The notes under the pieces were generated by a model that was not told the DNA's origin, made no database searches, and saw nothing but the letters and a program-made list of their open reading frames with translations. From Octopus sinensis (taxonomy: Eukaryota): a stretch of DNA of 64,000 nucleotides. Below are positions 40,661 through 55,381 of this stretch, piece by piece. Position 1 is the stretch's first letter. Each line of letters begins with the position of its first letter. The position numbers were made by a program, and so were the translations under genes. Location: positions 67,084,001 to 67,148,000 of the forward strand of contig NC_043006.1 in assembly GCF_006345805.1 (NCBI RefSeq). Reading direction: 5' to 3'.

Positions 40661-41477
40661 ATATTGAGCACTTCTTCACAACGTATATAAGTGTTTGCGT
40701 GTTTGTGTGTGTATGTGTGTGTTCATACATTACTATTACCCATGTTCTCTAACATTAATGACGTCTGCGTCTCTGATGCGTGCGCTGAACGCTTCTTCCA
40801 GTCGCCCCGGGGACACCGAAGCAGACACATAGTGCAACCGACAGCCGGGAACATCCGTAAATAGCAGGCTTAATACATGATGCGGAAAACAATAATTTTG
40901 GGGATTGCATAAAGAATACAAATGCAATATTATTATGTACATTAGAATAAAAAATACAATTTTATAACCCAAATATTGATTTGTAATATATGATACATAA
41001 TTATAAACATAACCATTATAATTATTATAATTACGATGATTAGTTTTATTACTAAAATAACCACGGATTCGAAAATAATGCAGAGATTTATTATTAAAGT
41101 GGCGATACTGATGAAGGCGTCATTTGCGTATGTGTACGTGTTTTAATGTATATGTTCACATATATTAGACACATACACTAACACATTTGTAGGTGTGTAT
41201 ATGTGTAAGTTCTTAGGTATGTACGTATATATGTGTGTTTTGTGCTCCGATGAAATTAATGATTTTCCTTCACAATACAGTTTCATCAATTTCGTTATAA
41301 AAATTTGCGGTTCATTTATCTGTTCCAGACACCTGCTATATTCAAACCAACGTAATTCCTGCTGAACATAAGGATTTTTTTCTTTCAACACCGCCCGGTG
41401 AGAAATAGAGTTCTCGAAACAGAAATTACCGTAGTGTAAACTTGCCTTGATAAAAGACCACAGCAAATCAAAGTATG

Positions 41478-41517
<40 letters not shown>

Positions 41518-41555
41518 CACACACACACACACACACAAACAAGCAAATGTGTTAT

Positions 41556-42177
41556 AAACCGGTCCTGCATTATCCGTTTTTAGGTTTTTCATTTTTCAGA
41601 TGTTCTTCCTAGAGGTAAGGCAATTTTTTTCATGTTTCTTGCACACACACGTCTTTGTTAGTGTATACGCAGTGAAGCTATACAATAGCGTCGTATTTAT
41701 TACGATCGCTATTTTCCAGTAAATATCGGTACTTCGTTGTACCATTTATTTACTTTTATATGTATAATTTTACCATTACGGGCTATATTTTACTGGAAAG
41801 CAATACTTTCGTATTGCATTACTATTTTCATTGAAACTTCTTCACTGTTCTCGTTCTGTTAACGTTTTGGCGTTCAGACGAGTGTACTAGCATAGATGTG
41901 GCAACATTTGAAATTTTGTCAAGGTATATGCAGCTGATGCGGACAAATCAAATCTACGTTGTCAAACGTATTTGAAGAGTCTGAAACCAGTCCTGTATTA
42001 TCCGTTTCTAGGTTTTTCAGATGTTCTTCCTAGAGGTGAGACAAATTTTTTTCATGTTTGTTGAACACACACGTCTTTGCTAGTATATACGCAGTGAAGA
42101 TATACAATAGCGTCGTATTTATTACGATCGCTATTTTCCAGTAAATATCGGTACTTCGTTGTACCATTTATTTACTT

Positions 42178-42187
<10 letters not shown>
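41556..42187 (+). repeat. ~200-bp direct duplication (41556-41766 and 41985-42187)
   Basis: AAACC.GTCCTG.ATTATCCG...GTACCATTTATTTACTTTTATATGTATA occurs twice. Confidence 0.85.
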
Positions 42188-42233
<46 letters not shown>

Positions 42234-42319
42234 TATATTTATTTATATATATATATACATATATATATAAATATATATGCATACACACACACACACACAT
42301 ATATATATATACATATATA

Positions 42320-42371
<52 letters not shown>

Positions 42372-42390
42372 AATACATATATATAATATA

Positions 42391-42421
<31 letters not shown>

Positions 42422-43039
42422 AATACATATCAAGGGTGCGATGGGTAAATTGTCACCATTATATAGTCTTAATTTTGGGCTGCAGTTATGAGTGAGATCC
42501 AACGGTGGATCTCACTGAGGAGCAGGAGGAAGAGTATGCTACTGCTGTGAAGAAACGAAGGATATATGGTTGTGTGGGGAGCAGGTTTGTCCGCGTAGAT
42601 GTTGGGGTTACGATGCGTAATTTATTTTCTAGTAAATCGGGAAGATGCGGAGAGTGGTTGGAGTATTTTCATGACTTAGACCTGGGCCTGAAAGGTTCGC
42701 AAGAGAGTGACTCCTGCTACATGTACCCCAGTTACCACTTACCGGTGTTTAAAGCTAGCTAGCAAATGATTAGACTTACCATTCCTGTAGTCAATCGTGA
42801 GTTTCAGTGTATGAAGGTAGAGAGATGGAACAAATACCGCAAGGTACCATGCGCAACTTCCACATTCACGAACCCTAAACCTACCACGGACCGGCGCCAT
42901 CTTTAGGATGCTGAAAGGAGGAAATGTAAAGGAAAACTAAGCTCGGCAGTGTTTGAAATAAAATCAGAGAATTTAGCATTTGAGACTGTTCCAAAAGCTG
43001 AAGCTGCACCCAGTGTCCAAGATTACAACACTAACGCCC

Positions 43040-43222
43040 CTGAACGTGACGCCAGTCCATCGCGGATCTAATTTCCCAGGTATTTCTAGAATCTTTTCAT
43101 ATATGAGTGGACTGGAGCACCGTGAAAATAAGTGTTTTGCTGAATAAAACAAAGCACTGACTGGCACGGGTATCGAAACCACGACTATAGGATCGAGAGT
43201 GCAATAATCTAGCCACTGGAGC
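43040..43222 (-). mobile_element. Old tRNA-derived SINE (similar relic at ~10330-10475)
   Basis: CAGTGGCTAG...GGTTTCGATACCCG head followed by an AGCAAAACACTT core-like segment. Confidence 0.55.
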
Positions 43223-43766
43223 ACACTGGAGTACAGCTGAGACAATAGAATCAAAATTCCTAACATTCTTACTGTTCCACTAACACACCGGCGAGGTTTG
43301 GAACGGATTTTATCGAAACCGCGAAGATGAAATGAAAGGCAGAGCGAACCTGAGCAGGATTGAACACACAGCGGAGAAAGTCGGAACTAAATGACGCGAA
43401 ACATTTTATCCAGCTCTAAGCAACTGTGCCAAGTTCGCTGCCTGTGTGTGGCGGCCACGAGCTGTGTACATGTGTATGTGTACGGGTGCGTGTGGTGTGA
43501 TGTGGAGGTATGATAGAGGATTCGGAATGTACGTGGAATGCGTGGAATATGTGAGGTGTATGTAATGTGCGCGGAGGTGTGGAAACATCCATTTCAAAAT
43601 TACTTTAGTCAGCTAGCCATGGATACATAATCAGCAGGAGAATTTTGTCTTAAACATTCTAAAGAAAAAGAAGAAAGAAAAAAACGTATAAACTTCCGAA
43701 TGTCGTACAAAATATTGCTTTTCACTTTGTAATGTGTGTGTGAGTGAATGAGTCTATATGTACATA

Positions 43767-43827
<61 letters not shown>

Positions 43828-43944
43828 CTGTGTATGTGTGTGTTTGTCTGTGCGTGTAGCAGAGCCTTTATGTGATTATACGAGCATTCACATACAAGGA
43901 AATAACTTAGTGTATATATGTGCATGTATGTATGTATATATATA

Positions 43945-44007
<63 letters not shown>

Positions 44008-44030
44008 TAAATAGACAGACAGACAGACAT

Positions 44031-44069
<39 letters not shown>

Positions 44070-44070
44070 T

Positions 44071-44138
<68 letters not shown>

Positions 44139-44308
44139 ACATACACACGTACACATATATAGGTCTGTGTGTATATGTATCTATGATCCATGGTTATCCA
44201 TACACATTGATGTACATGCAACTGAACACATGCGTGCGTTGACGGAAACACTGATGGCCATAAGCACACAAACATTTACGCAATTGCATACACTGCATAT
44301 TATATATA

Positions 44309-44354
<46 letters not shown>

Positions 44355-44680
44355 ATGCATACATATATAGATACATATGTAGATACCTTTGTACAAGAGT
44401 AATCACTCACTCCGTCGATGTATGTATGTGTGTATGCATGTACACGTCTAGCTCTCTTTATATATATATATATAAATAAATATATAATTATATATATATA
44501 TATATATAATATTATATTTATATATATAATATTATATATATATAATTATAATATATAATATATATATATATTATATATATATATTAATATATATATATAT
44601 TAATATATATACATATATATATATATATGCATACATATATATATTATATATTTATATATATATATATATATATTATATAA

Positions 44681-44711
<31 letters not shown>

Positions 44712-44752
44712 TATAAATATATATATATTATATATATATAATATTATATATA

Positions 44753-44804
<52 letters not shown>

Positions 44805-45218
44805 TTACATATAAACACACGTGCAAAAATATTTGCAGATACACACACAACCAGACATATATATATGTGTGTGCATGTGTGTGTGTGTTTGTGTGTGTAT
44901 TTATATATATGTATATATATGGATGTATATATATGAGTGTATATATATGTATATGTATGCATGTATATAAACACGTATAACAACCCGTGTTATGATGGAT
45001 GTATAGTTGTAAACGCCCCATCAATTACAATTGCGATTGCTGGATGCCACACAAGAAAATACAAAATAGCCAATCTCATTATGGTAAAGAAAATGAAGAC
45101 AAGCACACATCCATAGACACACACACAAATACCTACACGCATACGCACACACTCACACATTGATGCACACACATGGACATACACACACACACATATATAT
45201 ATATGCTTGAATTCACTT

Positions 45219-45273
<55 letters not shown>

Positions 45274-45859
45274 CATGACGTCAAAGAATTGTCGAGAACC
45301 AAAGATATAATTTAAATTTAAAAAAACGCCGAGAAAGAAATGTATAAAAGAACATTTATATTTTTCAAGTTATTGTTAATGTTGTTTTTGCTGTTGTGTT
45401 CCCTAGTTATGTGGGAACTGGTGGTGACGATGCTGTTGACAAAGATGTTTCCGTGTTGTTTTTGACTTATTTGTTTTTTATTTTGTTTCTTTTTTGTTTT
45501 GTATTTTTTTGATGCAAAGAATTAATCAGAAGGACATTTTCCCACTTGTGATCATCTTCAAAACCTCGGAGACCGGTGAAACAAAGTGAACTAATTATCC
45601 TACGAGCGTGTTTGCAACTGAGTGACGGCCCTCTTAAATACACCCAAGGGGGCAAGAAATTCTATTAAAACGGGTTTAAAAGTCGGATTCACATCACTAC
45701 CAGTGAATACCATCGATTTCTTGGACATCCATTCTAAATACGTATCTTCAGACTCCAACTAAAAAATATGATCATTCCAGAATGAATGTTCAAATGTTCC
45801 ATTCCCGCTGCTTCGTAATCCATGAGTGAATAGTTATCTTCGCAGGCTTTGACATACAG

Positions 45860-45990
45860 ACGCAGGAGTGGCTAAGTGGTAAGTAGCTTGCTTACCAACC
45901 ACATGGTTCCGGATTCAGTCCCACAGTGTAACACCTAGGGCAACTATAGCCTCGGGCCGACCAACGCCTTGTGAGTGGACTTGGTAGACA
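45860..45990 (+). mobile_element. SINE family A, 5' half
   Basis: GCAGGAGTGGCTAAGTGGTAAG...GGATTCAGTCCC. Confidence 0.8.
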
Positions 45991-46245
45991 AACTTACTCG
46001 TCGCTACAAGGGGACTTAACTCCTGTTTGTAAACAATGGTGATTTCTCCGACTTCAAAATTGTTAAAAGTTTATGTTGAAAATTTATTTTTACTGCTATT
46101 CGCTGTCGAAAATACATCAAGGATCATGACGAATGTCCTCCTAAAATTGGCGCGACATGCGTACTAATTTGTGGACGTGCATAAATTACATTCACGTACA
46201 CACACACACATCCTGTTTTTTATATATGTATATATATATATGGAT
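45986..46245 (-). mobile_element. Putative non-autonomous Helitron-like element
   Basis: The minus strand starts ATCCATATATAT..AAAA.AGGAT(GT)n and ends in a degenerate CCC.TGTAGCGACGAG hairpin followed by GTTTGTCTA. Confidence 0.4.
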
Positions 46246-46645
46246 TTTTTTATCTTTTACAAGGAATGTTACAAGTGCCTAGGGGTAGATGAAGATATAT
46301 CATACATATGGCACCTGTAACAAAATACATGTCACTAAAGAATATTACAGCTGAATAAAGAAAATTTGGACCTCAGAACTCTCTGCATCCAATAAAACAG
46401 AACTCATACCAACATCTGGGTTGCTTGATTAGACGCTTGATGAGATCTGAGGCATTGATCTGAAAACCCGAAAAATACCAACAAGCACGCTTAATTTCCG
46501 CATAAACAGTGACAAAGCTTTGGTAGGCACGTCGCCGAAGATGCCACGCAATGGGACTGAAACAAGGACCATATGGTTGGAAAGCAAACTTCTTAGCACA
46601 CAGTGATATACACACACACACAGTGATATACACACACACACAGTG

Positions 46646-46706
<61 letters not shown>

Positions 46707-46764
46707 GTATTTATATTTATTTATATATATATAATCGCACGCACACACACACACAGATAGATAG

Positions 46765-46830
<66 letters not shown>

Positions 46831-46865
46831 GATAGATAGATAGATAGATAGATGGATGGATGGAT

Positions 46866-47988
46866 AAATAACTTTTTATTTTGCCACACAGGGCTAAACA
46901 CAGAATAAAAATGGACGAAATACAATGTAGAATTTTTTCTTTTCGAGGTGGGATGGGTGGGGCACAAAAAAAAACGTTTGATCAATAGGGATCTGTGGGC
47001 TGTGTGGTGTATAAAAAGGCAATATATATATATATAAGGTTCACAGTTTAGGTGTAGCCTTGGAAAGAAAAACCTACAAAAAAGACCAAGGTCACCTCAG
47101 ACAGTTCGAAAAGGAACACATGAGTAAGTCGCCTTACTTCTCGTTGTCTCTTTTGGTTACAGATTTATGCTTTAAATAGTATCGTCTTTCATACTGACCA
47201 TTTTTGCCACTTTTACCCACTTTTTATTAAAACATTCGTTCGACAAAGCCTTCGTCTCTATTCTTATCCTCCTTTTCAAGTGGTACTTGAAAAAGTTGAC
47301 GAGAGACTGACCAGAGAGGAAGGTGTTTGTTTGCAGTCCATTCAAACGCGTCCACCACACACATTCTTTCGCCATTGCCATCAGCGTAACGAAAACCGTT
47401 TCCCCTCCCGTTTAAAGGAAGGTGGTGGAACAACATTCACGATAGACTCGGCCGATAGGCGGGCCCGACCTACACGTAACAACAGCTGTTCGACGAAGGT
47501 CCACAGCTCAGAAATATCTGGACACTGCACGAGTGTGTGCAGAACGGTTTCGTCGCTCTGACCGCATCTCGGGCAGGTCGGTACGGTGATGGTTTTCGAA
47601 CCGTGCCTGTAGCTCTTCTCTCGAACAGGTAGCGCGTCTAGATAGCACTGCCAAGTCAGGGATTTCTGGAAGTTATCTATAGGCCCCCAGCCCGAACGTC
47701 GTCCTGAACAGGCGGGTTAGGAATTTCTCGTCGACGCCCAGGTTTGCCCCGAGTGTGTCGTCCGACCTCCCCTCCACTAGTCCTCTATAGAACGCTTTAG
47801 TCGTTTGTAAGCTGCACAAGTTTGACCCCGGTCGGCAGAGCTGCTGTAGAGCTTGGCGACACTCTCGATGCCAATCGCCCAGTTTCGGTCTCTTCTTGAT
47901 CCACGTTTGCAGTTCGGTCAGTGAGACGAGCTGCGGGAAAGCGCGCCTCACAAACGGCGCCCACACCTGTTCACCGTCGTCGATGAAG
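46866..47988 (-). mobile_element. L1/Tx1 LINE 3' segment (ORF2 C-terminus + 3' UTR), 3' end at (TATC)n
   Basis: DDGEQVWAPFVRR..., TKAFYRGLVEG, TCPRCGQSDETVLH and AKECVWWTR, homologous to 14830-15780. Confidence 0.9.
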
Positions 47989-48959
47989 TTCCAGATTGAG
48001 GGGTCCTCTATCGAGAACCTACCTGATAGGATCCACTTAGAAAATGGGCAAAGCCTATATGTTCTAGCAGAAGGCAAAAAGCCTAGATGCTACAACTGTG
48101 GCAGCCCAGAACATTTAATTGCCAAGTGCGCTCTGGCACAGAAAAAACAAGAAAGAATAAATCAGAAAACAAATAAAAAACCCTTGTTGCCAACACCAAC
48201 ACCAACACCAACACACTCATTTATGGAACAATGCCAAGAAAAACAACAAACCAGCAAACAAAACCCAAATACATCACCAAGAAAAGAAACAGTACCAACA
48301 CACTCACTGTTGACGTTGCAACCAATTCAACATGCTGAACCAACAAAAATAGACCAACACCAACACCGAGGACGACAATTAAAAAGACAGAAAACAGTGA
48401 CGAGAAGACAAATTCTACCCCTAACACCACAACAACACAAACACCCCACAAAACATCAACAATTTCTACAGGCATACATATTAACGCAAATGCTTTGCTT
48501 TTACCTCCTTCTGATTAGTCGACGACGAAAGTTCGACGGAATGGCAAATAGCCACAGGGGGTAAAAGGAAAAGATCAAAAATGCCCGCCAAACAAGGAAG
48601 TAAAGCAGGGAGATATTTAACTCCGGACAGCATCCCCCTAGACAATCAAAAAAATCAATGAACCCGCAAAACCACACACACAACTAACTGCAATAGACAC
48701 AGACAATAAAAAATTAATGGATTACATTGCATCCAACACGGACATCTGTAAAGATGACTTTAAGACAAACAATCATCCGCGCAGCACACCACCGAAACAC
48801 ATAAGAATTGTACACATAACACAAACACAACACCATACACTGAAAACAATATTTCCAAATGCGGTAGGCGGTTTCAACGATACCTGTCGAAAAAACTATA
48901 CAAACACCTCATCAAAGACACTACAAAAGAAGAAGAAAAAAATGAAACTTTCGAAATGA
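47983..48959 (+). pseudogene. L1/Tx1 ORF1 (gag-like) C-terminal part, 5'-truncated and frameshifted
   Basis: LPDRIHL...VLAEGKKPRCYNCGSPEHLIAKC CCHC zinc knuckle, directly upstream of ORF2. Confidence 0.8.
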
Positions 48960-49033
48960 GTAAGTGACCTTCCCTCTTGCCTCTTGTCTCTTCCAATGTA
49001 GTGTGTGAAACACAATTTTCGTAAACGTCAATT

Positions 49034-50516
49034 ATGCTTAAATTAGGTTGTGTGAGTGTGCGTGGCTTGGCGTCGGCTTGGAAGCAAGGTTACCTTCTAA
49101 ACGACATCAAGTCACTGAACGTGGATATAGTAGCTATCAGCAAGCCGCGGGCCCTCGCGTCCATGTTTGGCGATCAATTTGTCATTTATTTTTCTCCTTG
49201 TCTTCCAAACATGGGTGGTAGAGGTACCGCGGTGCTTTTTCGAAAGAGTCTAAATGTAAAAGTAAAAACAATATTCCTAGACCCGGAGGGTAGGCTGGTT
49301 GTCTTGGACGTGGATGGCAGAAATGGGTGTGCATTCCGTCTGATGGCAGTTTATGCACCGTCCTTAACGGGTCGGGAGGATGTCTTCAGACGTCTAGAGG
49401 TTTTCCTGGGTACGTCTAGACCTTTACTGTTAGTAGGGGATTGGAACGCTACCTTGGACACGCATCTAGATTATGTGGGAATGGATAGGAATAGAAGGGG
49501 GTGTAAGTGCCTCAAAGACCTACTCAGATGTTTCCATTTGTCTGACAGGTTCCGACTCGACCATCCGAACGTGCCAACGTGGACTTGGACAAACCGCGTC
49601 GGATCGTCGAGATCTTATCTAGATAGAATTCTATGCAGGACAGCGGATAGGGATAGTGTAGGATGTCCACAATTTAAAATAGTCAGCTACACAGATCACA
49701 AATTTGTTACGTGTACGCTCGACTTAGATAAGACACATAGACAGGGTCCCGGTTACTGGAAACTGAACACATCGCTCTTAGTGCGACAGGTTTACAGGAA
49801 CCGGATTAGCGAGTTAATTAAGAGGGCGCTGACGGGAGCCGTCGTTAACAACCGCTGGTGGTACGCCCTGAAAATGGCAATAAAATCGGAATCAATTAGG
49901 TTTAGCAAGGAATTAGCGATAGATCGAAATAGAGTAGAGGGAGATCTGGTTAAGAAACTAAAAGAGGCACTTACCACTGGCAGCGCAACCATCGTGCTGG
50001 CTGCGAGGATGGCCCTCGACCAACACCTCAACGCCAAGCACGAGGGTTGCGTCGTCAGAGCTAAAATGCGTGCCTTAAGGAACGAAGGGATCGAAGCTGC
50101 GCGAGAGGCCCGGGTAGCGGGGGCGCAGCGGGGCAACAGGGCCACCATTCGGTCTCTAATAGATCAACAGGGATGCAGTTTACTCGAACCCGAAAGGATG
50201 TGTAAGGCCTTTCAACAGCACTTTGCTCGACTGTTTGGTGCGAGTGGTGGGTCGGAACGCGGGATGGATTTCAGTGCCTACCTGACCGACTTGCCGCGGC
50301 TCTCTGCAAGAGAAGCAAAGTGTTGTGAAAGTCCCATCAGAGCCGCTGACGTGCGGGATGCGATGGCGGGCTGCGTGAGGGATAAGTCGCCTAGATTGGA
50401 TAGTTTACCCTACGAGCTGTATTGTCAAATGCCAGACTTGTTTGGCGACCTCTTGGCATCAGTCTACTGCAACTGGCAACAAAACGGGAGAATCCCCGGT
50501 TTCGTGAGCACGTCCG

Positions 50517-50517
<1 letters not shown>
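49034..50517 (+). pseudogene. L1/Tx1 ORF2 N-terminal part: APE endonuclease to start of RT, truncated at (GATA)n
   Basis: SVRGL, GTAVL, DPEGRLV, AVYAP, VGDWN, TW...SRSYLDRI, TDHK, GPGYWKLNTSLL, KSPRLDSLPYELY. Confidence 0.93.
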
Positions 50518-50588
<71 letters not shown>

Positions 50589-50721
50589 CTGATTGATATA
50601 TACATAGATAGATAGATAGATTGATAGATAGATAGATACATACATACATACATACATAGACAGGCAGTCAGACAGACAGACACGCAGACAGACAGACAGA
50701 CAGACAGTCAGACAGACACAC

Positions 50722-50814
<93 letters not shown>

Positions 50815-50834
50815 TATCGATAGATAAATAGATA

Positions 50835-51676
50835 TGTTTCTTTATTGCACACACAGGGCTGAACACAGAGGGGACAAAATACAAAGTAGAGCGATTCTTT
50901 TGGGGATGAAGAGAAAAAAAGGGGATCGTGGAAAAAAAAGCCGATAATTAGGGATCGTGTGTCTCAGAAATGTCATAATGTAACAAGGGAAAGAAAAGCC
51001 TACGGAAATGACCACGGTAACCTTGGGCAATAATGTCATGTAAAAAAACATATTACAGTTAGTGACTCTCTTTTTTCCTTTCTTTTTTTGGTTCATAAGA
51101 TTATGCTCAAGCTGGCTCCGTTATTCACATCTTTTTTTGAAACATTCACTAGACAAAACTTCCCTCTTTTTCCCTCACATTCCTCTTCAAGTGATAGTTG
51201 AAGAAGTTGATGAGAGATTGACTAGAGAGGAAAGTGTTTGTCTCTAGCCCTCTCAGACGCGCCTACCATACAGATTCTTTCGCCATAGCCACAAGTATGA
51301 TGAAAATAGTTCTTCCTTCCCGTTTCAAGGAAGGAGACGCGATAATATTCACGATAGACTCGGTTGATAAACCACACACGATAGCAGTCGTTCGACGTAA
51401 GCCCACAGGTTGGAAATGGTTGGACACTACGAGTGCGTGCAGGACGGTTTCGTTGCTCTGACCGCATCTCGGGCAGGTCGGTCCTGTGTTTCTCAAGCCA
51501 TGCCTGTAGAGCTTATACGGAACAGGTAGCACTTCTTGTTAGCACAGCCAGGCAAGGGATCTCTGGAAGTTGTCCATAGGTCCCAGCCCGAAAGTCGTCT
51601 TCAACAGGCGGGTCAGGTATTCCTTGTTGACGCCCTGGTTTGCCCCGAAATCGTCGTCGTACTCCACCAATCCCCC

Positions 51677-51678
<2 letters not shown>
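50835..51678 (-). mobile_element. 5'-truncated L1/Tx1 LINE flanked on both sides by (GATA)n
   Basis: GPTCPRCGQSNETVLH...MAKESVW; the 3' end GCAATAAAGAAACAT joins ATCTAT. Confidence 0.9.
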
Positions 51679-51752
<74 letters not shown>

Positions 51753-51790
51753 CAGATAGATAGATAGATGGATAGATAGATAGATAGATG

Positions 51791-51863
<73 letters not shown>

Positions 51864-51891
51864 GTAGATAGATAGATAGATAGATAGATAG

Positions 51892-51948
<57 letters not shown>

Positions 51949-52564
51949 CATATGATGAAAGGAGAACAGATTACAATCTGTAAAGTATTTATACTTCATA
52001 CGTTCTAGTAGAACCCACTGTGAATATCTAACTACTGATGTTTTTCTTCATCGGAGAACACCTATTCCTCTAGACGTACTCACAATTTACTAGTGTAGGG
52101 TTAGGCGCCAAAATGTTTCTATTTATTGTGCATAGAGATTCTCTAAAGGGAGGATGTGTTATCCATTGGCGTTAAACAACAGTCATAAGATATTCACGTT
52201 CTAATGTGTCAGAACGTGTCAAGTATCAATAGATACGTTATTATTTGGATTCTCACCGTTCTGCCTGCACCTCAGGATTTCTTATCTATTTGGCGAGCAT
52301 CCGTAAAAATCAGCAAATATTATGTTTGTTGATTCCTAACAACAAGGACTCTTGTTAATGTCAGATTCATAGGTCCGGCATTATAGCTGAGGTGACGCAT
52401 AAAGAGGCCGAAACGCCTCGGCATGTCAATGACCTTGTTCATTGTTCACTCGTATGTCTTATAAATACACGTCACCTAAAACGAGGACGTCTTCACCGAA
52501 GAGAAACAACAATCTTCGAATATTCCCGGTGGAATCTGCCAGAACGTGCAAGGAATGAATAGTT

Positions 52565-52915
52565 TTTATTCTTTTACTCTTTTACTTGTTTCAGTCATTT
52601 GGAGCACCGCCTTTAGTCGAGCAAATCGACCCAAGACTTATTCTTTGTAAGCCTAGTACTTATTCTATCGGTCTCTTTTGCCGAACCGCTAAGTTACGGG
52701 GACATAAATACACCAACACCGGTTGTCAAGCTATGATGGGAGGACAAACACAGACACACAAACATACACACACACAAACACATGTATATATACGACGGGT
52801 TTCTTTCAGTTTCCGTCTACCAAATCCACAAGCAAGGCTGAACGACGCAGCGGGACTGAACCCCGAACCATGTGGTTGATAAGTAAGCTACTTAACACAC
52901 AGCAAATCCTGCACC
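52565..52915 (-). mobile_element. SINE family A (internally deleted)
   Basis: Family A halves. Confidence 0.85.
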
Positions 52916-53112
52916 TATTGAAAGTCCTGCGCCTATTGAAAATCCTGCGCCTAGAATACGTTTTTCATATATATAAATATATATATCTTATAAAGAGAGA
53001 GAGGGAGGAATGAGAGAGAAGGAGATAAAGAGGGAAGCGTCATACATACTATAGAAAGCACGGAAGGTAAAGATTATCGAAATATACGAGTAAAACGGGC
53101 GTTAGAGGTATG

Positions 53113-53155
<43 letters not shown>

Positions 53156-53231
53156 CTGTGTGTCTATATGTGTGTGCGTGTCTGTGTGTGTGGGTGTGTG
53201 TAGGTATTTATGCATATATATATATATATTA

Positions 53232-53263
<32 letters not shown>

Positions 53264-54384
53264 TGTGTGTGTGTATGTGTGTGTGTGTGTGTGTATGTTA
53301 AAGGGAATGCGGCGCTAAATATTTGACAATATGTTTTGAAGACAATGTGCTATCATGTGACCAAATAAATGAGAAGATGATACATCAACAAAGAAATGAA
53401 GACACGACATTCGTTCTGTCTTAGATATATGTTATTATGTAATGTCGCCGATGATTTATGTTTCGGTATTATTTACCTGTTAAACATCATGTTTGACGTT
53501 AGTTATGAATAATTTAATAAAAATATTGGAAAAAGAAAACATACACTATTGGTACAATTCGACCGAGACATATCGTAACGTTATAGATACGAAAACATGT
53601 GTATACATACATACTTACATACATACATATATACATACATATATGCGTAAATTTATACATGACTAAATGGATGTATTGTTACACACACATATGCATAAAT
53701 ATATATACATATATACATACATACATACTTATATACAAACAGGCAGACAGACAGACAGGCGCATATACGTAAATGTATGTGCTATTAAGATTACATTACC
53801 AACAAAACAAAGAATATTGTATCGAATTATTGTAAAGATGATTATTTTTCTGTTACTTCAAGCTTGTCGCCAGAACTGTAATCTTCAGTTGCTGTGTTAA
53901 CAGTGATTTCGAAAATTACAAGATATTTACGAGCGCTAATACAAAAAAGGCAATTGCCACTAAGTCTTAATTACCACAATTCTTTTTATTGTTTTCAATG
54001 AACATAACGTGAAAGTTAGCTACAGTTATATGAAAATTTCTAGGCTGCACTTTGATACCTAAGCATAGCAGCTAAATCTATCACACTTCCAAATGGCCAA
54101 CGGTGTCTATCTATTTAAAAGGCGAAGAAAGAGATCTGGAGCATGAAATACTTAGCGTCAAATTCTTTTGCTACGCGAAAGTCTGATTATTTATTGGAAT
54201 TACCACACGGTCAACGGAATAATACGTACGAATCAAGACAACGTCTCCATGGTGAGCTTACTACGGGGAAATGAACAGTCTTCGGCCAGAAAATTGATTT
54301 AATTTATAACCTTAAAAATAACATTAAAATTTATAAGGGGCAGCAGCAGTAGCGGTAGCAACAGCAACACCACCACCAGCAGCA

Positions 54385-54464
<80 letters not shown>

Positions 54465-54998
54465 TGTTGTTGTTGTTTTATGGGGACGTGCGCTGTTGCA
54501 GCGCGTCGCTACATGGGCCATTTGTTGTTGATTCTCTAATCCTGGTAGATGGCGCCTTTGAACCAGTCAGGCGGCAACTCTCCAACTCATAGGTTTGTTT
54601 GGGCAATCGTCGTTGATGCGGCTTTTACGACGTCAGAATACAAATCTTATCTTAACATCGTTTAGTCACCTTTTACAACAACGGAGAAGAAACGTTGGAT
54701 CTATTCTGTGGCATGCCGCTCCCCACACAGCACAACATTTATAAGTATTGTCATGAATCGATAGTCGCAACTGAGTCAAAATAGAAACCCTCGACACAGC
54801 CTCCTAAAGACAAGTACTAAATTCACAAAGTTTTATTTATACATATACATATACATATATATTTTTGTATCGTCTATCTGGATGTCTTGTTGTCCCTTTT
54901 TGTATCATCTAGTTGTCCGGATGTTTTGCGTTCTTGTCCTATTTTGTATTATATATATATAGCGGCGTACGTACACTTTGTTCTCTTATATGTAAGTA

Positions 54999-55381
54999 TG
55001 GAGGCGCAATGGCCCAGTGGTTAGGGCAGCGGACTCGCAGTCGGAGGATCGCGGTTTCGATTCCCAGACCGGGCATTGTGAGTGTTTATTGAGCGAAAAC
55101 ACCTAAAGTTCCACGAGGCTCCGGCAGGGGGTGGTGGTGAATCCTGCTGTACTCTTTCACCACAACTTTCTCTCACTCTTTCTTCCTGTTTCTCTTGTAC
55201 CTGTACTTCAAGGGGCCAGCCTTGTCACATCATGTGTGTCACGCTGAATCTCCCCGAGAACTACGTTAAGGGTACACGTGTATGTGGAATGCTCAGCCAC
55301 TTGCACGTTAATATCACGAGCAAGCTGTTCCGTTGATCGTATCAGCTGGGACCCTCATCATCACAACCGATGGAGTGCTCC
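54999..55381 (+). mobile_element. Full-length tRNA-derived SINE family C with 12-bp TSD
   Basis: Box A TGGCCCAGTGG and box B GGTTTCGATTCC; TSD TATATGTAAGTA at 54987-54998 and 55382-55393. Confidence 0.9.

Noticed and set aside
47896-48564. 222-aa ORF with CCHC knuckle as a host gene
   Set aside because: It is a chimera of antisense ORF2 and truncated LINE ORF1 across the inversion junction.
54999-55075. tRNA gene (also 27168-27240)
   Set aside because: No proper acceptor stem or terminator; it continues into a SINE body or tail, with a TSD at 54999.
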